Shown here in pieces: positions 20,742-29,406 of a DNA stretch of 64,000 nt (position 1 is its first letter; each line of letters begins with the position of its first letter). The notes beneath the pieces are model-generated. The model had not been told where the DNA came from. It saw only the letters and a program-made list of their open reading frames with translations, and did no database searches. The position numbers and the translations under genes were made by a program. The stretch comes from an uncultured Roseburia sp. (GTDB taxonomy: Bacteria > Bacillota > Clostridia > Lachnospirales > Lachnospiraceae): positions 159,469 through 223,468 of the forward strand of contig UQNW01000002.1 in NCBI GenBank assembly GCA_900542495.1, read 5' to 3'.

Positions 20742-21496
20742 AGATTTTCGTCCCCTTTGTACAATTCGATCACAAGATTTACCTCACCAAGCCCACGTCC
20801 TAACTGTTTTGCAATCTCAACTTTGCTAAGCCCCTGCTCATAAAGTTTTAAGATCATGTCATTGGACATTCCGTTTGCATCTGCTGTGTCAGTTTCGTTA
20901 ATACTCTGCTCCACAACCGGATCTTCATAGGTATTTACCATCTGAATATCAGAATCTGGCTGTGTCACTGCAGCTTCTGTTACCGGCATCTCTGGCACAG
21001 GCTGTTTTCTTACCGGTGTCTGGACACTGTAAACTTCTGTCGCCGGCTTTGCGACTGGTGCTGTCACTTTTGCCTGCATATTTTCCTGAAGATTGCGGAT
21101 ATCCGCAGCCAGACGCTGTAAATCTCCTGTCATGGAAGTCATTTCAGTGTGTTTGTCATTTAACATACTATAAAGAAACATAATCTCATCATGTGTTTTC
21201 TTCATGGACTCCATGACTGTCTCAGAATACTCGTGGATCTGCATGATCTGCTCATTCGATTCTTTTTCCATTGCACGTTCTGCCTGTTCCCCTGCTTCTT
21301 CCACTTTCTGGCTGATCACATCGTCCATCTGTGTTCCGGCATTGTTCACTTCCCGCTCAATGATCTTTTTTAATTCATCCTCACTTAATTCTGCGATTTT
21401 ATTCAGCTCTGACGTAGATAATTTCTCGCTGATGAAAAAACTTCCGATCATAAAAACGCATCCGATCATAAGTAAAATAATTTCAATCGTCGTCAT
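20738..21496 (-). CDS. SwrB-like flagellar/swarming protein (TM + coiled coil + C-terminal LYEQG motif)
   Basis: N-terminal TM and a central coiled coil. The C-terminal ILKLYEQGLSKVEIAKQLGRGLGEVNLVIELY resembles the B. subtilis SwrB C-terminus as I recall it. Position immediately downstream of sigD, as in Bacillus. Confidence 0.45.
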   Translation of the reverse strand: MTTIEIILLMIGCVFMIGSFFISEKLSTSELNKIAELSEDELKKIIEREVNNAGTQMDDVISQKVEEAGEQAERAMEKESNEQIMQIHEYSETVMESMKKTHDEIMFLYSMLNDKHTEMTSMTGDLQRLAADIRNLQENMQAKVTAPVAKPATEVYSVQTPVRKQPVPEMPVTEAAVTQPDSDIQMVNTYEDPVVEQSINETDTADANGMSNDMILKLYEQGLSKVEIAKQLGRGLGEVNLVIELYKGDENL

Positions 21497-21506
21497 GTTC
21501 TGCTCC

Positions 21507-21824
21507 TTACACCTTTATATCAAATCCGGAGGTCTGACCCTTCAAAAAGACATTGTCAGCTTTCTGCTTCTTTCTGTCTTTTTTCTTCTGTTCTTCCCTC
21601 TCATAATGCCCATTTCCCTTTTCTTTGGCATCATAACGATAACCTGCATTTTCTTTTTCCTGTGGATGTGTCACCTGATGTAATTTTTCCTCTGTCTTTT
21701 TCATTTCTTCCGAAAAAATCATCTGCTGTTCTACCACCGGACGGTTATCTTCGTTCTGTTTTAAAGTACTCACATCCTGGGTACGCTGTATCATTCCGTT
21801 AAAATCAACTGGTCTAATGGACAT
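21507..21824 (-). CDS. Hypothetical small charged protein between fliA and swrB-like
   Basis: 105 aa with a basic Lys/Arg-rich C-terminus and no recognisable domain. Tightly packed in the operon. Confidence 0.4.
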   Translation of the reverse strand: MSIRPVDFNGMIQRTQDVSTLKQNEDNRPVVEQQMIFSEEMKKTEEKLHQVTHPQEKENAGYRYDAKEKGNGHYEREEQKKKDRKKQKADNVFLKGQTSGFDIKV

Positions 21825-21836
21825 AATGCTTCACCT

Positions 21837-22607
21837 CTACTCTCTGTCAATGAGAATTCCAAGATAATTTCCAAGCTTTTTGCGCATCTTCAATAACGCT
21901 TTTGTATGCAGCTGGGAAATCCGGGATTCCGATACTTCAAGGATACTGCTGATCTCTTTTAAAGTTAAATCTTCATAATAGTATAAAAGAATCACCTTGC
22001 GTTCTTTCTCTGTCAATACTTCTAAAGATTCTTCCAGCTTCTGCTTTAATTCTTCCTCTGCAACCTTATCTTCCGGCCGGATAAAATGTGAATTTCTCCG
22101 GGCATCCATCACAGGTTCCGCGCCCTGTTCCAGATATTCATTCAACGAAACTACATTTGTCACTTTAAGCTGTGACTGCCATGTTGTAAGTTCTTCATCC
22201 GAAAGACCTAACTCCTGTGCAATCTCCTCGTCGGATGCGTTCTTTCCGGTACGCATCTCAACCTGCTTGATCGCCTCATCGATTTTTTTCTGCTTCTGTC
22301 TGACCGTTCTTGGAATCCAGTCCATTTTCCGGATCTGGTCTAATATCGTTCCACGGATTCTAAGGCTTGCATAAGTCTCAAACTTAACCTCTTTTCCAAG
22401 ATCGAACTTGTCAATCGCGTCAATAAGCCCAAAGATTCCATAACTTACCAGATCGTCATATTCCACATTATATCCAAGGTACATGCTCAGCCTTCCGGCA
22501 ACAAGCTTGACAAGCGGCGAATATTCTATTATCAGTTTTTCTCTAAGCTCCGGTGTTTTTTTCTTCTGATATTCTTCCCAGAGTTTTTCTCTATCTACCG
22601 TTTTCAT
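21837..22607 (-). CDS. fliA: Flagellar sigma factor sigma-28 (FliA/SigD)
   Basis: Sigma-70 regions 2, 3 and 4 (LVKLVAGR, GLIDAIDKFD, C-terminal HTH LTLKEISSILEVSESRISQLH). Position after cheD. Confidence 0.85.
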   Translation of the reverse strand: MKTVDREKLWEEYQKKKTPELREKLIIEYSPLVKLVAGRLSMYLGYNVEYDDLVSYGIFGLIDAIDKFDLGKEVKFETYASLRIRGTILDQIRKMDWIPRTVRQKQKKIDEAIKQVEMRTGKNASDEEIAQELGLSDEELTTWQSQLKVTNVVSLNEYLEQGAEPVMDARRNSHFIRPEDKVAEEELKQKLEESLEVLTEKERKVILLYYYEDLTLKEISSILEVSESRISQLHTKALLKMRKKLGNYLGILIDRE

Positions 22608-22627
22608 ATGAAGCCCCCAGGTTCAAG

Positions 22628-22891
22628 TTATTCACTCTTGTTCTCCCCGTCTGAATCTGACTGTTCCTGTTCTTCCTCTGACTCTTCCTGCTCTTTCTCA
22701 GGTTCATCCATCTCTTTAAAGTTTTTATCAAGAACCAGTTTCACAATACATCCCAGTACATAAAAAATCACAAGTACAGCAAGCAGTGTCTTGGTAAAAA
22801 CCATTGTTTCCATATGCTGCACGATTCCTATGATGCATGTGACAAGCCCTGCAAGCAGCATCACGACTGCCGGTATGCCTTTTGTTTTCAT
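22628..22891 (-). CDS. Hypothetical small membrane protein (2 TM) with acidic C-terminal tail
   Basis: 87 aa with two hydrophobic helices followed by EPEKEQEESEEEQEQSDSDGE. Lies between cheD and fliA. Confidence 0.4.
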   Translation of the reverse strand: MKTKGIPAVVMLLAGLVTCIIGIVQHMETMVFTKTLLAVLVIFYVLGCIVKLVLDKNFKEMDEPEKEQEESEEEQEQSDSDGENKSE

Positions 22892-22925
22892 AATTTCTCC
22901 ACTAAAAACGCTGTTAAATGTTCTC

Positions 22926-23411
22926 TTAAATAGTTTTAATTGGTTTTCCTACAGATTTTATTAAAAATTCTCCTGTGTCACAATGAAGCTCCACCGTACG
23001 TCCATAATTCAGACCGGTGTCTTCTGCAACAAGACGGATTCCATATTGTTTTAAGATCTGTTTTGCTGCTTCCGCATTTCTTGCTCCGATATTTCCGACA
23101 TCTGACAGTCCGCTGACTTCGAACATCTTTGCACCGCCTGCGATCTTTGCAACCAGTCTTGATCTGCTTGCTCCGGCTGCGGTTACTCTTTTTAACAGTT
23201 CTTCAATACCGGTATCTGCAAATTTTGCCTTATTTGAATTATTGCTCACTTTTGTACTATCCGGAAGCATATAGTGAACCATGCCTCCAATTTTTGTAAC
23301 CGGATCATAAAGTGTCAATCCGATACAGGAGCCAAGTCCAAGCGTTGTGAGTCCGTCAGGAGCTTTACAAACATTCAAATCTGCCATTCCTACTTTAATG
23401 ATATTCCCCAT
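22926..23411 (-). CDS. cheD: Chemoreceptor glutamine deamidase CheD
   Basis: 161 aa. CheD signature GLGSCIG (Cys nucleophile) and LPDS region. Confidence 0.85.
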   Translation of the reverse strand: MGNIIKVGMADLNVCKAPDGLTTLGLGSCIGLTLYDPVTKIGGMVHYMLPDSTKVSNNSNKAKFADTGIEELLKRVTAAGASRSRLVAKIAGGAKMFEVSGLSDVGNIGARNAEAAKQILKQYGIRLVAEDTGLNYGRTVELHCDTGEFLIKSVGKPIKTI

Positions 23412-23420
23412 ACAAACTCC

Positions 23421-24050
23421 TTATATTTCCAATCCAAGTGCCCTTAATATTTTGTGATAAGAATCCTGCTCCGGCATCAGGATAAAATAACCTCTGATTG
23501 CCACATCTGCACAGATCTCTGTCTCGATCAGTAATGCACGATCTCCTACCAGACCAAATTCAATCGCTGGAACACTTAAGATTGCTGCCGCCATATCAAC
23601 ACTTATATAAGGAATCGATGGTAAAATTGTAAGATTCGTCATGGAAGCTAATGCAGAAAGATAAGATGCTGTGATAATATTACCAACCTCTTTCAATGCA
23701 GAAAGTTCCATCTCATCAAACACTTCCATCTGCTCATGAACCGCATTTTCTTTCATTAACAGTTTGTCAGCCAGATAATGTCCGGATTCAAGATCTAAAA
23801 GGAACATCATGCTTCCCTCAATATCATGGGAAACTTCCAGAAAGATACCAATAACAGTCTCTTCTTCCGGTCCAATCGCACTGCCTAATTTTCCGACATC
23901 CATCAGTTTTACATTTGGTACTTTCATATCAATACGGGTGCCAACCATATTTGCAATCGCGGTTGTTGCGTTACCGGAGCCGACATTTCCAATCTCCTTG
24001 AGCACATCCATGTACATATCATTCACTTCATCTAATGTATAATTTGCCAT
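23421..24050 (-). CDS. cheC: CheY-P phosphatase CheC
   Basis: 209 aa. Duplicated CheC-type motifs (D/S-x3-E-x2-N-x22-P). Confidence 0.8.
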   Translation of the reverse strand: MANYTLDEVNDMYMDVLKEIGNVGSGNATTAIANMVGTRIDMKVPNVKLMDVGKLGSAIGPEEETVIGIFLEVSHDIEGSMMFLLDLESGHYLADKLLMKENAVHEQMEVFDEMELSALKEVGNIITASYLSALASMTNLTILPSIPYISVDMAAAILSVPAIEFGLVGDRALLIETEICADVAIRGYFILMPEQDSYHKILRALGLEI

Positions 24051-24120
24051 TTATCTTCTCCATCTGTTTTTGCATAATAAACACAGTGAGACCTTAAAAT
24101 CAAGGTCTCACCTTATGGCA

Positions 24121-24582
24121 TTACGCATTTTCTTTTTCTTCTACAATTGCATTGATCTCAAATAATGAAATCAGTTCATCACCATGTTTACCAACACCGT
24201 TGATAAACATTGCCTTTCCATCTTTGCTTCCGCTTGCTTTGTCAATCTCATCTGCACCTAAAGTAACAACTTCTTTTACTTCATCTACAATAATTCCGAT
24301 TGTGCCCTTTTCTTCCAGTTTTAAAATGATGATCCTGCTTGCATTCGTGATCACATCATCATCTAAATTCATCTTTTTACGCACGCTCATAACCGGAACG
24401 ATCTCACCACGAAGATTGATAACACCTTTGAAGTATGTCTGGATCTTAGGCACACGTGTAATCTTCTGCATACGCACAATATTGTCAATATAGCTGATAT
24501 CAATTCCGTACTGCTCGCTGCCGATTTTTACAACAATATACTGTTTTGCATCATTTTCAGCGATATCTACATTTTTCTCCAT
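24121..24582 (-). CDS. cheW: Chemotaxis coupling protein CheW
   Basis: CheW fold (YIVVKIGSEQYGIDISYI ... LRGEIVPV). Start placed at MEKNVD (24582), which has a GGAGGA RBS 7 nt upstream. The ORF-track start at 24597 contains that RBS. Confidence 0.85.
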   Translation of the reverse strand: MEKNVDIAENDAKQYIVVKIGSEQYGIDISYIDNIVRMQKITRVPKIQTYFKGVINLRGEIVPVMSVRKKMNLDDDVITNASRIIILKLEEKGTIGIIVDEVKEVVTLGADEIDKASGSKDGKAMFINGVGKHGDELISLFEINAIVEEKENA

Positions 24583-24596
24583 ATTTGTTTCCTCCA

Positions 24597-26693
24597 TTAC
24601 ATCAATGTATTAACGTCAAGGATCAATGCAACTTCGCCATCACCAAGAATGGTTGCACCGCTGATGATCTTGTTATTGTTAATATATTTTCCAAGAGATT
24701 TAATAACGATCTCCTGCTGTCCGATCAGGTTATCGACTACAAGACCTGCAAGGCTGTCGCCTTTCTTTACGATAACAACGGTCAGATTTTCCGGTTCTTC
24801 CTGTTTTTCTTCCATATCCAGCACCTGATCGAGACGGATCAGCGGAATGACTGCGCCACGCAGATGAATGACTTCCTGAGCCTGAACATACTTGATCTCA
24901 TTGACTGGAATACTCTCGATATTGGAAATAGACCCAAGAGCGATCGCATATTTTTCATCACGGATCTCAACCATTAATGCCTGGATGATTGCAAGTGTCA
25001 ATGGTAAACGTACAATGAAGGTTGTTCCCTCTCCAAGTTTTGTATGGACTTCCACATCACCACCGAGTGCCTCGATGTTTGATTTTACAACGTCAAGTCC
25101 AACGCCACGGCCTGAGATATCGGTAATCTTCTTTGCCATAGAGAAGCTTGGAAGGAATAAGAGATTGATGAACTCCTTCTGTGTCATGTTCTCTGCCTGC
25201 TCTGCGGTGATAACGCCACGCTCTATCGCTTTATCTCTTACGGCTGCAACATCAATACCATTACCGTCATCCCCAACTTCAATGATAACGTTATTACCTT
25301 CCTGGAATGCCTTTAAGAAGATAGAACCAACTTCCGGTTTTCCTCTCTCTACACGGGTTGCATTGTCCTCAAGTCCATGGTCTGCAGAGTTACGGAGTAA
25401 ATGCTGAAGTGGATCTCCGATCTGGTCAACTACAGTTCTGTCTAACTCTGTGTCTTCACCAGTCATGTAAAGTTCCATTTTCTTTCCTAATTTACGGGAA
25501 AGGTCACGGATCATACGAGGGAATTTATTTACAACGCTTTCAATAGGAACCATCCGGACTTTCATGACGGATTCATGAAGGTTCGTTGTGATTCGCTCTA
25601 AGTATTCGATCTGCTCATGGAAAGACTGGTTCTGATACTCACCGCTCTCGCTGGAACTGATCGATACCAGACTGTTCTTTGCAATGATAAGCTCTGATAC
25701 CTGATTCATCAGCGCATCCAGCTTCTCTATATCCACACGGACGGTTCTTCCGGTTACAGGCTTTGCATTGGTCTGTTTCTTTGCTGCCGGAGCTTTCTTC
25801 TCTGCAGCTTTTGGAGCCTCTGCCGGAGTTTCTTTCTGCTCGGCTGCGGTTTCCTGTGCCGGCTGTTCTTCCTGCGGTTCTGTTTCTTTTACATATTCAT
25901 CAAGATGAATTTCTTCTAAATCAACTTTCTCAATCTCAGATACAGCTTTTGCTGCAGCAACGATCTTGTCGGATGCTTCTTCAGAAGCTAAGAAAAAGCT
26001 GAACTCGAGCTCAAACTTCTCATCCTCAATGTCCTGTGAACTTGGACGGTAAACAAGGATCTGTCCAAAATCTTCCACTGCCTTAAATACTAAGAATGCA
26101 CGGGCTGCTTTCAAAAGGCAGTCCTTCTGGATATGAACAGTCATGGCATAAATATGCTGGCCATTTGTCTCTGCTTCACGGACAGCTTTTTTCTCCTCGT
26201 CCGTAAGTTCTATTTTTTCCTGCTCTGCTTTTTCTTCCTGTGGTGCTGCCGGAGCTGCTTCTGCCACTGCCTGAGCTTTTGGTTCGCTCTCTGCAGCTGC
26301 CTCACCGTCTGCTTTTGCGATAAAGTCATTTAATTCCTTAATGATGACTTCATTATCTTCGGTTCCCTCATCAGAAGTGCTCTTGATATTGTCAAGATAT
26401 CCTTCCAATGCATCCAGACATTTGAATAAGAGATCGATCATTCCGCTTGTCACTTTGACACGGTCACTTCGCACTTCCTGAAATACGTTTTCCATATCAT
26501 GTGTCAAATGCTGCATTCTCTTAAATCCCATGGTTCCTGCCATACCCTTTAAGGAGTGTGCGGCACGGAACACTTCATTGATCGTATCCTTATTGTCCGG
26601 CTCCTTTTCAAGAACCATAATACAATCGCTTAATGTCTGCAGATGTTCTTCTGATTCATCAATAAATATTTCCAGATACTGGCTTACATCCAT
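24597..26693 (-). CDS. cheA: Chemotaxis histidine kinase CheA
   Basis: HPt domain (AHSLKGMAGTMGF), P2 domain, dimerisation domain, HATPase (DDGNGID ... GRGVGLDVV) and a C-terminal CheW-like domain. Confidence 0.95.
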   Translation of the reverse strand: MDVSQYLEIFIDESEEHLQTLSDCIMVLEKEPDNKDTINEVFRAAHSLKGMAGTMGFKRMQHLTHDMENVFQEVRSDRVKVTSGMIDLLFKCLDALEGYLDNIKSTSDEGTEDNEVIIKELNDFIAKADGEAAAESEPKAQAVAEAAPAAPQEEKAEQEKIELTDEEKKAVREAETNGQHIYAMTVHIQKDCLLKAARAFLVFKAVEDFGQILVYRPSSQDIEDEKFELEFSFFLASEEASDKIVAAAKAVSEIEKVDLEEIHLDEYVKETEPQEEQPAQETAAEQKETPAEAPKAAEKKAPAAKKQTNAKPVTGRTVRVDIEKLDALMNQVSELIIAKNSLVSISSSESGEYQNQSFHEQIEYLERITTNLHESVMKVRMVPIESVVNKFPRMIRDLSRKLGKKMELYMTGEDTELDRTVVDQIGDPLQHLLRNSADHGLEDNATRVERGKPEVGSIFLKAFQEGNNVIIEVGDDGNGIDVAAVRDKAIERGVITAEQAENMTQKEFINLLFLPSFSMAKKITDISGRGVGLDVVKSNIEALGGDVEVHTKLGEGTTFIVRLPLTLAIIQALMVEIRDEKYAIALGSISNIESIPVNEIKYVQAQEVIHLRGAVIPLIRLDQVLDMEEKQEEPENLTVVIVKKGDSLAGLVVDNLIGQQEIVIKSLGKYINNNKIISGATILGDGEVALILDVNTLM

Positions 26694-26694
26694 G

Positions 26695-27762
26695 TTATTT
26701 TACCCCCACATTCTTTGTGATTGAATTTGCAATTTCTGTTAATGGAAGGACTTCATTTACAAGTCCTGTCTCTACGATTGACTTCGGCATGCCATATACC
26801 ACACAGGTATTTGCATCCTGTGCAATCGTATAAATTGGTTTACTTTTTGATAATTCCAGGATTCCATTCGTGCCGTCAGCGCCCATTCCTGTAAGGACAA
26901 CACATACAACCTGATCAAACCCACAGGTTCTTAAAGAATCATAAGTGATATTGGCACAAGGCTTCAGTCCTCCGATCGGCGGCATATCATTAAATGCGAT
27001 CTTGTGTGAACCATCCGGACACTTCTTAACCTCCATATGCTTTCCACCCGGAGCGATATAAACGATTCCCTTTTTCAGAATCTCTCCCTCCTGTGCTTCC
27101 TTCACATGGATCTTGCTGATCTCATCTAAACGGTTTGCCATGGAATTGGTAAATCCGGCTGGCATATGCTGCACAAGAACCATAGGCGCGTCCAGATTTG
27201 CTGGCAGATATGGAATCACACTCTGCAGCGCTTTCGGACCTCCTGTGGAACATGCGAGAGCCACAATCTTATTCTTAAACCGTTTCCCGGCAGACGGATT
27301 GCTTCGTGCTAATGTAACTACAGGCTTCACTGGAGCCTTCCGTTCAAGTGATCTTGTCCGTTCTGTTTTTAAGACCGCATTTAAAATATTTAAAAGTTCA
27401 TTCTTAAAAACTTCACCTTTTGCTTCAATCACATTCGAAGGCTTTGTGACAAAATCTAACGCTCCGCGTTCCATCGCAAGGATCGTCACATCCGCATCCT
27501 TTGTCGTTGTCGTGCTGACCATTACGATATTGGATTTGATGTGTTCCTTCTGAAGTTTGTCTAAAAGTTCCAGACCATCCATCCTCGGCATATTCACATC
27601 GAGAACCACACCGTCATAACTTCTGGTTTTTAACTTCTCATATGCTTCAAGACCGTCCCGGCATACATCTGTTGCCTGAAATGTATCATCTGAATTGATT
27701 ATATCACATATTACCCTTCTCATGAGTGCAGAGTCATCAACAACAAGAATATTTTTTTTCAT
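26695..27762 (-). CDS. cheB: Chemotaxis response regulator protein-glutamate methylesterase CheB
   Basis: N-terminal receiver (ILVVDDSALMR ... VLDVNMPRMDG) and C-terminal methylesterase (GASTGGP ... HMPAGFT). Confidence 0.9.
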   Translation of the reverse strand: MKKNILVVDDSALMRRVICDIINSDDTFQATDVCRDGLEAYEKLKTRSYDGVVLDVNMPRMDGLELLDKLQKEHIKSNIVMVSTTTTKDADVTILAMERGALDFVTKPSNVIEAKGEVFKNELLNILNAVLKTERTRSLERKAPVKPVVTLARSNPSAGKRFKNKIVALACSTGGPKALQSVIPYLPANLDAPMVLVQHMPAGFTNSMANRLDEISKIHVKEAQEGEILKKGIVYIAPGGKHMEVKKCPDGSHKIAFNDMPPIGGLKPCANITYDSLRTCGFDQVVCVVLTGMGADGTNGILELSKSKPIYTIAQDANTCVVYGMPKSIVETGLVNEVLPLTEIANSITKNVGVK

Positions 27763-27767
27763 AATGT

Positions 27768-28514
27768 CTACCTTTTATCCTTTTGACGTGTTAATCGTTC
27801 CTCTTCAAAAATATATCGAATAATGTCTTCTCTTATTTTGTCGTCCTTGATCATAAACTTAACGCGGGAAACATATTTCTTCTCCTGCACCTGGTTCCGT
27901 TTTTCACAGGAAATCACGGAACCAACAAGATTAAATTCCCGGTTCATTTTTTCATTTGCAAGATGAACTACCGCAAGGATGTGATCTCTGCTTTTTAACT
28001 CTGTGTCAGAATTAAAACGGATGCCACCACCACTGATATCTACGATCGTTCCGTTTTTTATTTTATCAAGGAAATGGTCTTCACGGAGTTCCGCATAGAT
28101 TTCCTCAACTGTCTCAAGTTCTGCCTGCTTTTCTGTCAGTTCAAAAAATTTGAAATCCACCGAACATTCATAACGGTAAAACTCCCTGCGCTGGAACTTC
28201 TCAAGACGCGTCTTTAATTCTACCTCTAACGTATAGATATTATCTCTTTTAAAGCGTTCTACTACCTGTCCGATGCTCTTATATAAAAAGCCTCCGGAAT
28301 AAAATACAAACTCAAATCGCACATTCAGCGGAAGAAGAAGCAGCTTTGATCCTTCTGTCGGCATTGCGATCTCGACATTTCCGCGCTTATTTATATCAAG
28401 GACCTGACTCTTATAAACTTTAATGATATCTCCGGTCCGTTCTTCATTCTCAACCTGCTGTAGTAACCTGATGTCGATCTTATCACCAGGCTTTATCAAA
28501 TCTGTAACTGCCAT
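27768..28514 (-). CDS. YcgR/MotI-like c-di-GMP-binding flagellar brake protein (PilZN + PilZ domains)
   Basis: PilZ c-di-GMP switch motifs RREFYR (RxxxR) and DISGGGIRF (D/NxSxxG) with the correct spacing. N-terminal YcgR_N-like beta-barrel region. Confidence 0.7.
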   Translation of the reverse strand: MAVTDLIKPGDKIDIRLLQQVENEERTGDIIKVYKSQVLDINKRGNVEIAMPTEGSKLLLLPLNVRFEFVFYSGGFLYKSIGQVVERFKRDNIYTLEVELKTRLEKFQRREFYRYECSVDFKFFELTEKQAELETVEEIYAELREDHFLDKIKNGTIVDISGGGIRFNSDTELKSRDHILAVVHLANEKMNREFNLVGSVISCEKRNQVQEKKYVSRVKFMIKDDKIREDIIRYIFEEERLTRQKDKR

Positions 28515-28527
28515 AAAACTCCTCTCC

Positions 28528-29403
28528 TTATGAAAGGTTAAATAATTTTGTCAAAAATTGCCGGAGAGCATTCTGCCCGGATGCATTCTGTTCCCCACCT
28601 GTCCACAAATACTGCGCCAGCTCTTCAAATCTTTTCGCTGATTTTGCATTCGGCGATACAATCGATACCGGCTTTTGTATGCGCACCGCCTTCTCAAGCA
28701 TCGCGTCCTGCGGAATAATTCCTATGTATTCGATAAAACCATCCAGAAACTGTTTTACAACAGAATTCAACTTATCAAATACCATTTTTCCTTCACTCTG
28801 CGACATTGCACGGTTTGTTATCACATGGATCACGGACTCATTTTTATCGTATTTTGGATTACGGTAAAGCATTTTAAGCAGTGAATATGCGTCCGTCAGC
28901 GAGCTCGGTTCCGGCGTTGTCACAAGTAAAATCTCCGGGCTTGATGCCACAAATTCCATCACACTGTCCGAAATTCCGGCACCTGTGTCAACGATCACGA
29001 CATCCGCCATAGAAGACAGCTTTTCAACCGACTTCACCAGATAACTGATCTGATCTGGTGTCAGATTATTCAGTCCCATAATTCCGGAACCGCCGGATAT
29101 AAAGCCGACTCCTTCCGGTCCGTCTGTAATGATATCCTCAATCTCTTTGTCATGATAGATCAGATCGCTTAAAGTGTATTTTGGAATGGTTCCAAACATC
29201 ACTTCCACATTCGCCAGTCCGAAATCCGCATCAAAAATAATGGTTTTTTTCCCCATGCGCTGAAACTGCACAGCAAGATTCACGGCGATGTTAGACTTCC
29301 CGACACCACCTTTTCCACTTGTGATCGTAATGATCCGGGCCGGCTTTTTAATTCTCTGATTCTGTTTTTTGATCACATTACGCAGCTCTTCTGCCTGATC
29401 CAT
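28528..29403 (-). CDS. flhG: Flagellar number regulator FlhG/YlxH (MinD-like ATPase)
   Basis: Deviant Walker A SGKGGVGKSNIAVNLA. Position after flhF. Confidence 0.85.
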   Translation of the reverse strand: MDQAEELRNVIKKQNQRIKKPARIITITSGKGGVGKSNIAVNLAVQFQRMGKKTIIFDADFGLANVEVMFGTIPKYTLSDLIYHDKEIEDIITDGPEGVGFISGGSGIMGLNNLTPDQISYLVKSVEKLSSMADVVIVDTGAGISDSVMEFVASSPEILLVTTPEPSSLTDAYSLLKMLYRNPKYDKNESVIHVITNRAMSQSEGKMVFDKLNSVVKQFLDGFIEYIGIIPQDAMLEKAVRIQKPVSIVSPNAKSAKRFEELAQYLWTGGEQNASGQNALRQFLTKLFNLS

Positions 29404-29406
29404 CCG

